Part shown: in pieces, positions 11,042-22,506 of the stretch
How positions within the stretch are numbered: position 1 is the first letter of the stretch
How the letters are laid out: each line of letters opens with the position of its first letter
Assembly (NCBI RefSeq): GCF_000400465.1
Contig: NW_008806291.1
Location: forward strand, 103,670-135,669
Source of the DNA: Wallemia ichthyophaga EXF-994
Taxonomy: Eukaryota; Fungi; Basidiomycota
DNA: 32,000 nucleotides
Direction: 5' to 3'
Made by a program: the position numbers and the translations under genes
Notes under the pieces: model-generated
The model's input: the letters and a program-made list of their open reading frames with translations, nothing else
What the model was told of the DNA's origin: nothing
Databases searched by the model: none

Positions 11042-12195
11042 TTATGATCGATTAGCAGTCGGTGGTGATCTTGATCTATTCCTAACGGAGCCTCTTCCTA
11101 TAGTTTGTATTACTATTATAAAGATCTAATTGATATTAAATTAACTCACTCTCTGCGTATCTAGCTTCACGTCTTGCCTCTCTTGAATCAAAATTCCTTG
11201 CTCGTGGATCAATCTCGTGACCAGGTGGTGGATTGAGGTTTGCGTTTGAAGAATTCGTTGGTTGATTCTCTTCATAAAGACTACTACTTATGTTGATATC
11301 GTCGTTAGTTTGAGCGTCAAATTGTTGGTGATCATATTTTGAATTAGATTTTCTAATTTCTTCATCTTGTTGCTTTCTACGTTGAATAGAACGATTTTCA
11401 GTGATTTCGGAGATAATTCTCCTTAATTCAAAGTAACCTAAGTGCATCTTTCCACCAAAGTGATCCGCTAATCTTCTATCGCTATCTAAAATGGATAAAT
11501 AAGCACCACAGATATCGCAAACACGTAATTTCTGATGACCTGAAGCGCCTGAGGTTTCAGTCAATTCTGTTAATTCTTGTTCTTTATTGACCTTCTCTTC
11601 CTTTAAGGCTTCAACTTTTTGTAATTCTTTCATAGATTCTTCAACTAAACCTGATTCACCTAACTTTTCCACGTCTATCATAGCTTGATCCATAGCAGCT
11701 TGAATTTCACCAACCTCCCTCATCAAAGCTGTAGTTTTGTTATTTTCTTCAGGAGTTTTCTCTAATCTCTTGTGAGCAGTTCTTATACGCCTATCACATT
11801 CGCTAACGAAGTCTCTAATGTTATTTTCATATTCTCTGTGAAAATCCGCAAAATCGCTTGGATGAGATTGTTGGTTGCTTAAAAAGTCCACTTTAAGTTT
11901 CTCAGCGTGAGATTTTGGACAAGGACCGAGATCCATTTTCTGAGGAAGGGGAGTGAGCTGGTTCGATTAAAATGGCTAAAGGTAAAGACTAACAGTATTA
12001 CTGAATAAGTCATGTGGACAAACGCCGCATAGGAAATTTCTGCAGACTTGTTGGTCTGTGAAATGCAGTTTGAGTGATTTAAAGCCCATAGCTTCAGCGC
12101 CCATCATTTGCTTTTAATATGATGAGTAGAATCATAAAATATAAGAACTAAATCACCTCAAGCAATTTACGTTGAATTTCAGCTAATTTACCCAT
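11042..12195 (-). CDS. LUC7: U1 snRNP-associated protein Luc7; 3 introns
   Basis: MGKLAEIQRKLLE|QMMG...VCRNFLCGVCPHDLFSNT|KMDLGPCPKSH, and a second zinc finger KLRVCDICGAYLSILDSDRRLADHFGGKMHLGY. The last intron (11098-11149) adds an RS-like tail ending RNRSRSPPTANRS. Confidence 0.95.
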
Positions 12196-12207
12196 AATGA
12201 CTGACGA

Positions 12208-12867
12208 TTAACAAGAGGAATTCGAGAATTCATAAGATAACAAAGATTTAAATTCAATAAAATTTAGATTGGTGGACTGCAAGTGATTGTTACATAGTAA
12301 GTGTGATAACGCAGCTTTCGAGTGATTGATTGTGGTATCATAAGATGTTATAATGGATATCAGATACCTTATGATATGTATAGATTGATTGTAATTAGAT
12401 GATAATGCTAGCAGCAGCTCTGCGTATTGATTTAGATTTAGATTTTTACTAAATTTATCACGAAAAGTGTAGTTGAAACCTTTTGTCGAGTAAAGTGAAA
12501 TGAATTGCTCGTTGAAGTGATTGATAATTGAGTTGAAATGATTGACAATCTTTGATAAGCCATTCAACTTGAACTTAAACTCATTTATACTTTGCTCAAA
12601 TTCAATCACTTTGCTTGAGACAAATCTATAATCAATATCTTCATCTAACTCCATCAATTCCATCTTTAGAGTTAACGTGTTTACTAATTCCATCTCATTT
12701 ACTATATCATCATACTTCTCCAGCTTATCCACACAATCAAATAACATCTTCTTCACTTGCCTATAGCTTAATTCTCTCTCTCTCTCCTTCCCTTGTTCTT
12801 GCTTACTCGGTGAAGTAGCTTTACTCGGCGAATTTGCTTTATACGTGTTTGATATTCTTTTGGACAT
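12208..12867 (-). CDS. Hypothetical protein, 219 aa, intronless, probably helical/coiled-coil
   Basis: A 220-codon open frame with an ATG start in very AT-rich DNA is unlikely by chance. No family recognised. Confidence 0.7.
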   Translation of the reverse strand: MSKRISNTYKANSPSKATSPSKQEQGKERERELSYRQVKKMLFDCVDKLEKYDDIVNEMELVNTLTLKMELMELDEDIDYRFVSSKVIEFEQSINEFKFKLNGLSKIVNHFNSIINHFNEQFISLYSTKGFNYTFRDKFSKNLNLNQYAELLLALSSNYNQSIHIIRYLISIITSYDTTINHSKAALSHLLCNNHLQSTNLNFIEFKSLLSYEFSNSSC

Positions 12868-12873
12868 AATAAA

Positions 12874-14127
12874 ATGAAGCTATTGATTATCAACAAGCTG
12901 TTAAATTCCCCTTTATTCCTGATTATTCTTAAGCTAGTGGTGATCGTTTATTTACTAGTAATTCCTCAGTTAAACCATAAAATTTATATCGACGAAAACG
13001 CTTTACAGCCAAACAATTTGATTCCTTTATATAATAATCACTTGGTAAAGCTATCCGACAGTTACTCTGACACTTTACAACATTCTTCATTACATCAATA
13101 TCATCATTTTATTGAGAATACTCTACAATCAAACGCTTTACAAGCATTGCATCACACAGCATCAAACTCATCTTACTCTCTCTTAAAATCTCCAAGAAGC
13201 TCAAACTCTGAATCGATCATCATACACTCACCGATACACTCTTCAATTGACTCCATTTACACCCTTAAACACTCAGATAACGTTCCAATTAATGTACGAG
13301 GTATATCAACAATCCTTTCTCTATCTAAATTCTTCAATAACCAATCCATTTGGTCAAAAGATATCTTATTCGTTTTCACTGACCATTTAGACGTCTTTTT
13401 ACATGACTATATGAATGGTAACATTACAACAATACCAAAAAACAATATCTGGTTGGGTTACTCCCTCGACTACTCCTCTGACAGCTTCAATCACTTATCC
13501 ATTCAATATCAAGCACCCTCTATTTTACCGAACTTTGACATTATAGCTACTCTGTATTCCATAGCAAACCTGCATTCCGTTCCAGTTCAATCTCCAACTC
13601 TAATAGATACTATTAAGTACGCAATCTTTCATCACCCGAATTCATCACATCATTCCTCAATGTTAAGCTATAAGATTGATGCAATCTCAATCATGTGTAA
13701 TCCAAGTCATGGTCCACATGGTTTTTTGAGTCTAGGTAGAACGCTTGAGGCCTATACTCGATCTATCAACAATTTAATTGAAAGACTGCACGCTTCTCTT
13801 GCTTTCTACTTATTCTTTGACAATAAGCTTATCATGCTAACTCATTACATCCCATTGATTGCAATACTATGCTTGATCAATCTCATTAATGCCTTCAAAC
13901 CCTTCAGTATTTCAGAAAGAGATATACTCGTGATTCCTTCAGTCATCTACTCCTTCTATCTTCTACCTATCACCAATCAGCTATGGATAATCCTCTCCAC
14001 TATCTTCTTACGCGCTTTCACTTCAAGGACTAGTTTTAAACTGACTTCCACTGTGGTAGTCATCTACACCACTTTGTTCAATTTCTATGTCAGTGCGATT
14101 GTAGCTCTTATATCAGCATTTGTATAA
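12874..14127 (+). CDS. GAA1: GPI transamidase component Gaa1 (compact, 417 aa)
   Basis: N-terminal TM segment followed by YIDENALQP. Internal motifs WSKDILFVF, LPNFDII and GRTLEAYTRSINNLIERLHASLAFYL, then C-terminal hydrophobic helices. Confidence 0.88.
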   Translation: MKLLIINKLLNSPLFLIILKLVVIVYLLVIPQLNHKIYIDENALQPNNLIPLYNNHLVKLSDSYSDTLQHSSLHQYHHFIENTLQSNALQALHHTASNSSYSLLKSPRSSNSESIIIHSPIHSSIDSIYTLKHSDNVPINVRGISTILSLSKFFNNQSIWSKDILFVFTDHLDVFLHDYMNGNITTIPKNNIWLGYSLDYSSDSFNHLSIQYQAPSILPNFDIIATLYSIANLHSVPVQSPTLIDTIKYAIFHHPNSSHHSSMLSYKIDAISIMCNPSHGPHGFLSLGRTLEAYTRSINNLIERLHASLAFYLFFDNKLIMLTHYIPLIAILCLINLINAFKPFSISERDILVIPSVIYSFYLLPITNQLWIILSTIFLRAFTSRTSFKLTSTVVVIYTTLFNFYVSAIVALISAFV

Positions 14128-14255
14128 CCAATTTGTGTTATAGCAACTATAACATTTAAACTTGATTAATAATTTAATAGGAATTGATACGTTTTTTTAG
14201 TACGATTACATACAATTACTTCATCTTCGCTGTTGATTGACTTCAATCATCGGAA

Positions 14256-17056
14256 ATGGCTTCGTTTGAAAGATTACGACAGATTTGGGAAGATCGCACT
14301 CCAGGAGAGCTAGAACAATTGCAAAAGCCTATTTTGAATGAAGCACCGCCTCGACCGCCAATTTCGACCAAGCCATCAAAGTCCTCTTATTCTTCTGAAT
14401 CGCTCCCAACATTATCTAAGCATCGAAGAGCACCACCTGAACCGCCAACAAGCCGGCTAGCGCCACCAATTCCTCCAAAACATACAAAAGCTAGCTTCAG
14501 CTCAGACAATTTACATCAGAGACCTACAGCGACCCCATCACCCTCACCTAACCCTTATTTGGTTGAACGAAGTCACACTGCAATTCCTTCAAACTCGAGT
14601 GCAACTCTCTCAAATAATGGTTACTCTAGTGAAAGCGATGAAGATGAATTTTACGTTGATGATAGTTCTGTGGCAGGTCCACAGGCTAGACGTGCGCCAA
14701 GCATACTACCCGACGTTTCCCATGCCAATAGGCGCGCTCCAAAACTAAAGTTGTACCACTCCGTTAGTTCAAAAGGTCACTTCTTTAGTGCGGCTTCGTC
14801 AAACAATTTTGTCGTAACTGGTAGTCATCACTTACGTATTTATGACGCATCAAATTCAAACAACAGCGATGTACCATTCTTTGAATCTCCAGATAAAGAC
14901 ACAAGAATAACTTCAATAACATTCAAGCAATCGAATGGCTCTGTATTTTGGGGCGGAACTAAGGACGGTTCGTTGTTTGAAATGGATGCAATCGATGGGA
15001 CATGCTTTGATTGGAAGACGTACGAACATTCAGGTGCAATCATTGGTATATGGAGACTGAACAATCATATGATCTCACTTGATGATGCTGGAGTTCTTAA
15101 AGTCTGGTTACCTGTCACGCATTCAGATGGTAGCGTTATACCCACACTCAAATCACCAACCAAATTATTCCGCATCAACTCTGATATCACATTTGCTAAC
15201 TTCCTAGGCGACAAACTTTGGCTGGCCTCTTCTACCAGTCTAAGCGCTGATCCGAATGTTGTAAAGACGATCACTTTAAGGGTTTATGATCCAATAGGTG
15301 CTACGTATGGTGGCCAATTAAACCTAACACCTAATCCTCTTATACCCTCATCAACAGTTCAACAATTAGCAGTCACAAGTGGTACAGTAATACCTTCAGT
15401 ACCTGATAAAATATACCTTGGACATCAAGGAGGTTTCGTTAGCGTTTGGAATGGCAAAGACTTCACCTTTTTAGGCGCTCTTAAAGTATCATCCACTCAA
15501 GTTGATGCTTTAGCTGGTGTTGGTGGCTATTTATGGGCTGGTTTCCATAGCGGTAGAATCAACGTCCTAGATACAAACCAGGGCTCAATGACTGACTGGA
15601 GAGTGGTACAAACTTGGCAGGCTCATAAAGAAAAAGTGTTGTCTATACAAGTTGACACTGCTTTATTGGAAACTGGTATGCTGGCTGTGATTACAACAGG
15701 CGCAGATTGGAATGTGAACTACTGGGATGGTATGTTGAAAACTGCCCATGTCTCTACGGAATTACAAAACAGAGAAAATACGTTCTGCTCGTTTACACCG
15801 GTTAATTTGCTAATAGTGTCGTGGAACACTGACGCTTCAAAACCTTCCGATTTAATTGATAGTCATAAAAGTGGATTTTTTTCAAAGTCAAGCCATACCA
15901 ATAACGATAATTCATCATTTCTTCGAAAAGCACTATCAAGTACTGAAAGTCCTGATATCATTGTCTTCGGGTTTCAGGAATTGATAGATTTAGAAGATAA
16001 GAAGCTCACTGCCAAAACCATGCTGCTACCTAAGAAGAAAGCTGACAGCGCATTGTCTGAACGCATCTCTCACTCTTATAGGCTGTGGTATGACCATTTG
16101 GTCATGGAAGTCGAAAGAAATATGCCAAAAAGTAGTCCATACGTTGTATTGCATGCTGAAAACTTGGTTGGATTATTTACTTGCATCTTTGTTCGTAAAG
16201 AGAACAGGGAAAATTTAGCTGACGTTGCCATTACAACTGTTAAAACTGGACTAAAGGGTAGATATGGCAACAAAGTCCGTACTTGCTAAGATATTAGATT
16301 AAGCTAACTAGTATTTATAGGGTGCTATTATATCTAGATTCGTCCTCGATGACTCCTCTTTCTGTTTCATTAATTGCCATCTTGCTGCAGGACAGAAGCA
16401 TACGAAGCAACGTAATCAAGACTTAGTTTCAATATTGGAAGAAAAGGTAGCTTTTGCAAACGATCCAGTCAGATCTGAGCTAAGTTATGTTAATGGAGGT
16501 GATGGATCCAGTGTCTTTGACCATGAAACAACATTCCTCAATGGCGATGTGAGTGATACTGTGCTACATTGGCTACACAATCTGATAATTTCAGCTTAAT
16601 TATAGAGTTGATCTTCGTCGTGAAGCGGTTTTACCAGCAATAACAAAATCAAACTTTGAATACCTACTAAATCACGATCAACTTAACAAACAAATGGAAA
16701 CTAACGCACAATTCAAATTAAGAGACTTTAAAGAGCCACCAATAACTTATGCACCGACATACAAGTATGACAGAAAGACAAATGTTTATGATACATCGGA
16801 TAAGAGAAGAACACCTGCCTGGTGTGATCGAATACTATCACGTACAGTACACTTGCCAAGAGTTAGCAATTTACATTACAAGAGGTATGAAGTGAACGTC
16901 TCAGATCATAGACCGATTTCGGCCGCTTTTCAAGTACAGACAAAAAAGATTGATCATGCAAAGAGGAGTAATGTCTTGTTAGATGTTGAGAATGAGTTTG
17001 GCAGTATATTTGCTGAGACTATAAATGATGAAAAGAGGTATTATGAATACAAGTAA
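14256..17056 (+). CDS. Inositol polyphosphate 5-phosphatase with a Pro-rich N-terminus and a WD40-like region; 2 introns (16275-16320, 16549-16594)
   Basis: Catalytic-domain motifs VFGFQELIDL, GRYGNK|GAIISRF, FINCHLAAG, NGD|LNYRVD, PTYKYD, RTPAWCDRIL and SDHRPI. Confidence 0.93.
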
Positions 17057-17121
17057 TTTTATATCAGCTTTGTACATTTAGCTTAATATTTATTGATGCG
17101 ATTGCGATTGAGGTGAATAGA

Positions 17122-17743
17122 TTACATGTCAAAACTGTCTTGATTGGGTACATCGTCGTCCAAGTCTTGAACTTCCTCAACGTCAAAATCTCTACTTTGA
17201 TCGAGATCTGGTGGAGAAGATTGAGGTACATCTTCCGGGATATCGTCATCTTCAATTTCGTCATCTAAGTCACCTTCCTCGTATCCATCTTCGATAAGCT
17301 CTTCTTCATCATCATCATCCGCATCATCCATATAGTCTTCCTCGATAGATATCTCTGCCTATTTTGGTGTCAAAAAGCAAAGACATGAAAGGAATAAGAC
17401 CAACATCATGCTCCTCGTCTAATTGAGTCTGTCTTTTACCGAAAGGAACAATCCAGCTATTGCCCCAATCCTTAATCATCGTAGAGTGCTCTCTCACCAG
17501 CGACTCATTTCGTTGAAGTTTATCAATGAAAGCCTGTGATCCAATTGGTCTACCTGCCATAACATCTTCAAAGGATGCGCTGTTCGTATCTAAGTTCAAA
17601 TTATTACTATTCGGTATTCGTGACTGTTGTGTGTTATAAGCCAACGGCTGCTTACGACGCGGCCTTAGATTCATTCTCTGATTTGACAATTCAATATTTT
17701 CATTCTTGAAAAGCTGAATGGGAAGTTGCAAGTTTGGTAACAT
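17122..17743 (-). CDS. Apc15/Mnd2-like anaphase-promoting complex subunit with an acidic tail; 1 intron (17359-17404)
   Basis: IKDWGNSWIVPFGKRQTQLDEE resembles the Apc15p family core and is followed after splicing by a long D/E-rich tail. Confidence 0.65.
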
Positions 17744-17788
17744 TAATCAAATTTCCTTATTAGAAGATGAAAGTTGATTACAACGTCC

Positions 17789-19399
17789 ATGGCAGATACC
17801 AGGTTGTGCGTTAGCGCACCAGGAAAAGTCTTGATAGCGGGAGGGTATTTGATATTAAGTAAGGAGTACAGTGGTGTAGTACTTAGTACAGAGGCTAGAT
17901 TCTACACGTATATAGAGAGTTGTGATGATGAAGATATAAAGGTTATTTCCCCGCAGTTTGGCAGCGAATGGATCTACGATAGCAATATTAAGCAAATAAA
18001 TACGTAGGCCTGCTATAAATTTCATCTAGAAATCCTTAATGTTTCGATCAGTGAACAACAGAATGACTTTGTCCAATTAGCTTTGGAGGAAGTCAGTAAA
18101 TACATCGAATATAAACATGATAGTTCAATGAAAGGGCTAAGAATCGTTATAGCTGCTGACAACGACTTCTACTCGCAACGTGCTTACGTTAGTTAATCTT
18201 ATTGTCACATACCAACCAATGTCTGACTGTTGAGTACAGCTGAGGAGTAAGCAGCTCGATGCGACATATCGCAACCTTCAAGCAGTACCTAAACTCAATA
18301 AAGATCTCAAAAATATAAATAAAACCGGTCTTGGAAGCAGTGCTGCATTGATAACATCACTCGTTGGCTCATTGTTACTACGTTATAATAGTGTATCAAA
18401 GGAGTTTACCGATAATGACAAACAACTTGTGCACAATCTAGCTCAATATATTCACTGCAGAGCTCAAGGTAAAGTTGGATCGGGATTCGATGTATCTGCA
18501 GCTGTTTTTGGTAGCCATACCTACTCCAGATTTGATCCTGCAACTATCAATGACCTAATCGATCAGTATACATCCGGTGAAATGATTGATAGCATCGTCA
18601 ATAAGGGTTGGGATAGTCTTGTTGACAAGATTGCTTTACCTTATGGTGTATCCATGCATTTGGCTGATATTGAGTATGGATCTCATACGCCTAGCCTTGT
18701 GAAGAAGGTGAATGAATGGAAGTCAAAAAATTTGGATCAGGGTATGTCGTTTATCTTGCATATACTCGATAATTAAACTCACGATCAATGAAGCAAATGA
18801 GCTATATAAATCTTTGGATATCAGTAACAAGCAATTGGCTGGACTTCTAGTTGCTTTAAATAAATCATACGAAACAAACCAAGACGGCTACTTGCACGCT
18901 TTAGATTACTTATCCAATTTAATACCCAGCGAGGTAAGATATCAAAACATGTTAGTTATAGACTACTGACATCTGCAAAGTGGTTAAAAGATGAAAGCAA
19001 TAGCGTCGTGAATCAATTTGTCGATCTGAAATTGACACTACAAAATATCCGTGCTACATTCAGAACGCTTTCTGCGAAAGCTGACGTACCTATCGAGCCA
19101 ATACAACAGACGAGGCTATTGGAAGCCTGCTCGGAGATCAAGGGTGTCATAGGTGGAGGCGTACCAGGAGGTAGGTAATCTTTACTTTAGCTAAAGCCTA
19201 ACCTGATACATACAATTAAGCGGGTGGATATGATGCTATATACTTATTAGCAATAAGCTCAACACAAACGGCAAACGAAATAGAGAGCAAGTGGTTGAAA
19301 TGGGACGAGTTGAGTGTCAGTCCACTAGTTTGTGGTGAAGGATTTCAAGGTATCAAGAATGAGGATGCATTTGATATCAGTAGACTGCTAGGTACTTGA
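17789..19399 (+). CDS. ERG8: Phosphomevalonate kinase (GHMP family); 5 introns
   Basis: SAPGKVLIAGGYL, AADNDFYSQ, KTGLGSSAA, QGKVGSGFDVSAAVFGS and GGGVPG|AGGYDAI. TGA at 19397-19399. Confidence 0.95.
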
Positions 19400-19508
19400 T
19401 GTTTACAAATGAGATACATAATTGCTGAGCTTTGACTTGTTGCAAATGCTGTGGAAATGAAATTGTGATAATGTAAGGGATTCAAAGCATCGTATTCGTT
19501 AGCTCAGT

Positions 19509-19928
19509 CTAACTCAAATCAAAGGTTGAAGAGTTGGTTGAATCAGCGGAAAGTTGTTTGGTTAAAGCGGTGGATGCAATTGTGTTGAAATGATTATCTT
19601 GTTGCTCGCTATTGCAGCTTTCTTGTGAAAAAAGATTGAAATCGTTTGTGCGTGATCGTTCATTACTGACAAGGGCTTTACCTTTATCATTATTTGTTGG
19701 AGTTTGTGTGCTCTTAATTAACTTTTGATTGAGTTTATCATCGAGGTCGGCGCTATCGCTGCTGAGGAGATACGAATGATCATTTTCAGAGCTAATATTG
19801 AGAGGATTGTTGAATTGTATCGAGTTCAACTCGTTCTCTTCGTATTCAACGTCATTTTCTTTGTGATTCATGTTATCAGTGTTAAACTTCTTAGATAGGC
19901 TAATATCGGCATCATCATCTGGTGCCAA
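19509..19928 (-). CDS. Hypothetical low-complexity (N/S/D-rich) protein or pseudogene remnant; first in-frame ATG at 19871
   Basis: A 140-codon open frame. The same frame continues upstream to an ATG at 20087 but is interrupted by three stops (see findings). No family recognised. Confidence 0.45.
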   Translation of the reverse strand: MAPDDDADISLSKKFNTDNMNHKENDVEYEENELNSIQFNNPLNISSENDHSYLLSSDSADLDDKLNQKLIKSTQTPTNNDKGKALVSNERSRTNDFNLFSQESCNSEQQDNHFNTIASTALTKQLSADSTNSSTFDLS

Positions 19929-20118
19929 TCAAACACTCTAAGATACGAAAGATCTCTTTGATCTTAACTCTGTCAAAAGCTGCTTATTACGCTTAAATTT
20001 GATTGATTTCTTCTCCTCAGCCTTAGCTTCCTAATCGTAATCTTTAACTCTCGCCATCTTTAATGGTTTTCTGTTTCTAGTTCTCATCTCTTATCACGCA
20101 TACTCTTCAATACGAGCA

Positions 20119-21548
20119 ATGATTAACGGTGATATTGAAGAGGGAGTGAGTGGGTTAATTTCAAACAAAAAATTAAATTAAATTTCAAAGACAAAAGATG
20201 GAAATATTGATTTACCAGTGAAATCCACTTCACAACTCTCGCTGTCTTCCTCGTCTGAAGAAGATGATGATAATGACACGGAGCCAGAAGTTGTACAAAC
20301 GAAACATCCAGCTGAACGTAAAAGACGTTTATCGTCTATACGAAGATTAAGATTCAGCAGATCTCATTCAAAACCGAGATCTTCGTCCAGTAATAGTAAC
20401 TCTAAACCAGAAACAATTGAAAGAAGTCAAAGCCCTGACTTGGAAGCACTCAAAGATGGAACTTCAGCTTCAGAAACTGAGTCAGTTGCTGAGTTGAGAC
20501 CTAGAAATAACGCGTTTGACGATACAGACGATGATGATGTTAGCGATGAAGATCTATCCGATAATCCAGCAACAGATGATGAAAATGACGAATCATGGAA
20601 TTATGATGAAGAGTTATATTATAATACAGAAGCTAATTCCAAGTTTGTTGTTGACAAACCGCTATATGTTAATCCAGAAGATAATCAATTGATCGATGAA
20701 GGTCCTAACATTACTAGACCGATTGAAGATACTTATCATACTCATTACAAGAGAAATAATCAAGATATAACCTTAGATGGTCCAAAGTTTGAGAAGAATA
20801 GGTGTACTTTGACAATAAAGCAAGGTGATCCAAATAATGCATTAATCAGTAATAATAGAAGGAGAAAGAGGTACATCCTTGCAAGTGATCTATCGAATGA
20901 GTCAAAGTATGCAGTTGAATGGGCTATTGGTACTGTATTGAGGGATGGTGATGAATTATTCATCGCAACAGTTCAAGAGACTGATACAAAACTGGATGGT
21001 AAATCAAGTAGAAAGTCTGGTGGTGATAAAAGCAAATTTCAAAAAGAAAGAGCAGCATTCAGTCAATTTCTAGCAAAGCAAGCAGTTTCAATATTACAAA
21101 GGACGAAATTGCACGTGATAATTACGTGTCAGGCTGTACATGCGAAGAACAGCAGGCATATGTTGATAGATATGATTGACTTTATTGAGGTGAGTGTTGA
21201 GTAAACCAAAAGTGTCGCTAACAAGAATAAAAGCCGACATTCGCTATAGTTGGTAGTAGAGGTAGATCAGATCTGACGGGTATATTGCTTGGATCAACTT
21301 CGCATTACTTGGTGCAGAAGTCATCAGTACCCGTCATGGTTGCAAGGAAGAGAATAAAACATGGACCACGCAAGCGTGGAAATGCAGATTTAAATAATCG
21401 CAGACACGTACCATTGAGTAGAGCTGCTATTGATAGGGTTGCAGCAAAGGATGAAAGTAAGATTGAGACGAAAGAAGATGATAATGTTGAAGGTGATGAA
21501 GGTGACGAGGAGAGCGAAGAAGAAGAAAATAAACAACAAGGCAGCTAA
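20119..21548 (+). CDS. Universal stress protein (Usp) domain protein with a long acidic N-terminus; 2 introns
   Basis: Inferred first exon MINGDIEEG, followed by intron 20146-20190. Usp core RYILASDLSNESKYAVEWAIGTVLRDGDEL...IE|PTFAIVGSRG...LLGSTSHYLVQKSSVPVMVAR. Confidence 0.88.
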
Positions 21549-21556
21549 AGTAATGA

Positions 21557-22478
21557 TTACATATTTGGTTTATATATAATAAAGACAATGACTAGCAAAA
21601 TTAGTAGAATCAATAAGCATATACACTTGAACTTTGAAGAAGACTTTTGGTATTTGGTTGCTTGATTTAGTTGAGTGACAGCGTTATCGACTTGAGTTTT
21701 TGTACCTTGAGCATTAAAGTCAATTCTATCAAATAAAGTACCTTGATCAATCACGAGTGTGTTTAAATCTCTAAACAACTCAGCTAAATCGGATATAGAC
21801 TGAGCAATATTGTTAATTTCGAAATCCCTTTGATCTAAATCGTTATCGGATTGTAAATGCAGTTGATGACTGTTCAGTTGGTTCTTAGACAATTGTTCAT
21901 CATCTTTGAGAGATTGATAAGGATCAGCATCAGGAATATCAAAGTTAGACTGGTTATAACCGCTTAACTTGTCTAAATAAATTCTCTGTTTCTTTCTAAA
22001 TGTTGAAGACAAAGATTGAATCTTAGTTGCTAGAGCTGTTTTTATGTTCTTAGATAACGTAATTTGATCAATTGAATTTGAGTTTGATTGTACTTTAGAT
22101 AATAAACTATGTGAAAATTTAAAATTGTTTGTAATTTCAATAGTTAAATTATCAATTTCCAGTTCCTCATCCGACCTATCATTAAACCTTGGTAATAGAC
22201 GCTTTTGATGGAGTGTATCTAGATGTTGAATGAGTTTGTTTGAATGTGATAAAATGTTGTTGATTTCATCAGATATGTCTACCCTTATAAATATTAAGTT
22301 TAAGCTATTAAATCAATAAAGTAATTCAAACTAACCACTTAGGGGGCAATTCATTCAAGCCATTCAAGTCATTTGAAGCTGAATTCTCTAATAAAGGCTC
22401 GCGAATATTTGAGCTATCTTCAGTTATATGACTATCCCTATAGCTCAAATATAATCCTGTTCGACTCCGAGTTATCAT
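21557..22478 (-). CDS. TLG2: Qa-SNARE syntaxin-16/Tlg2; 1 intron
   Basis: N-peptide MITRSRTGLYLSYRDS, LPPKW|VD, SNARE motif IAQSISDLAELFRDLNTLVIDQGTLFDRIDFN and a C-terminal TM segment. Confidence 0.92.
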
Positions 22479-22506
22479 CGATTGTGATGGTATCAATAGA
22501 ACAACC

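Noticed and set aside
12853-12867. Both orphan proteins begin MSKRI (12867 minus and 29109 plus)
   Set aside because: There is no similarity beyond five residues, and MSKR is a common N-terminus.
19929-20033. Possible reassignment of TAG/TGA (non-standard genetic code) to explain in-frame stops
   Set aside because: TAG ends the thioredoxin and ZNHIT2-like genes, and TGA ends ERG8, DNAJC11 and DUF4336, so the standard code fits.
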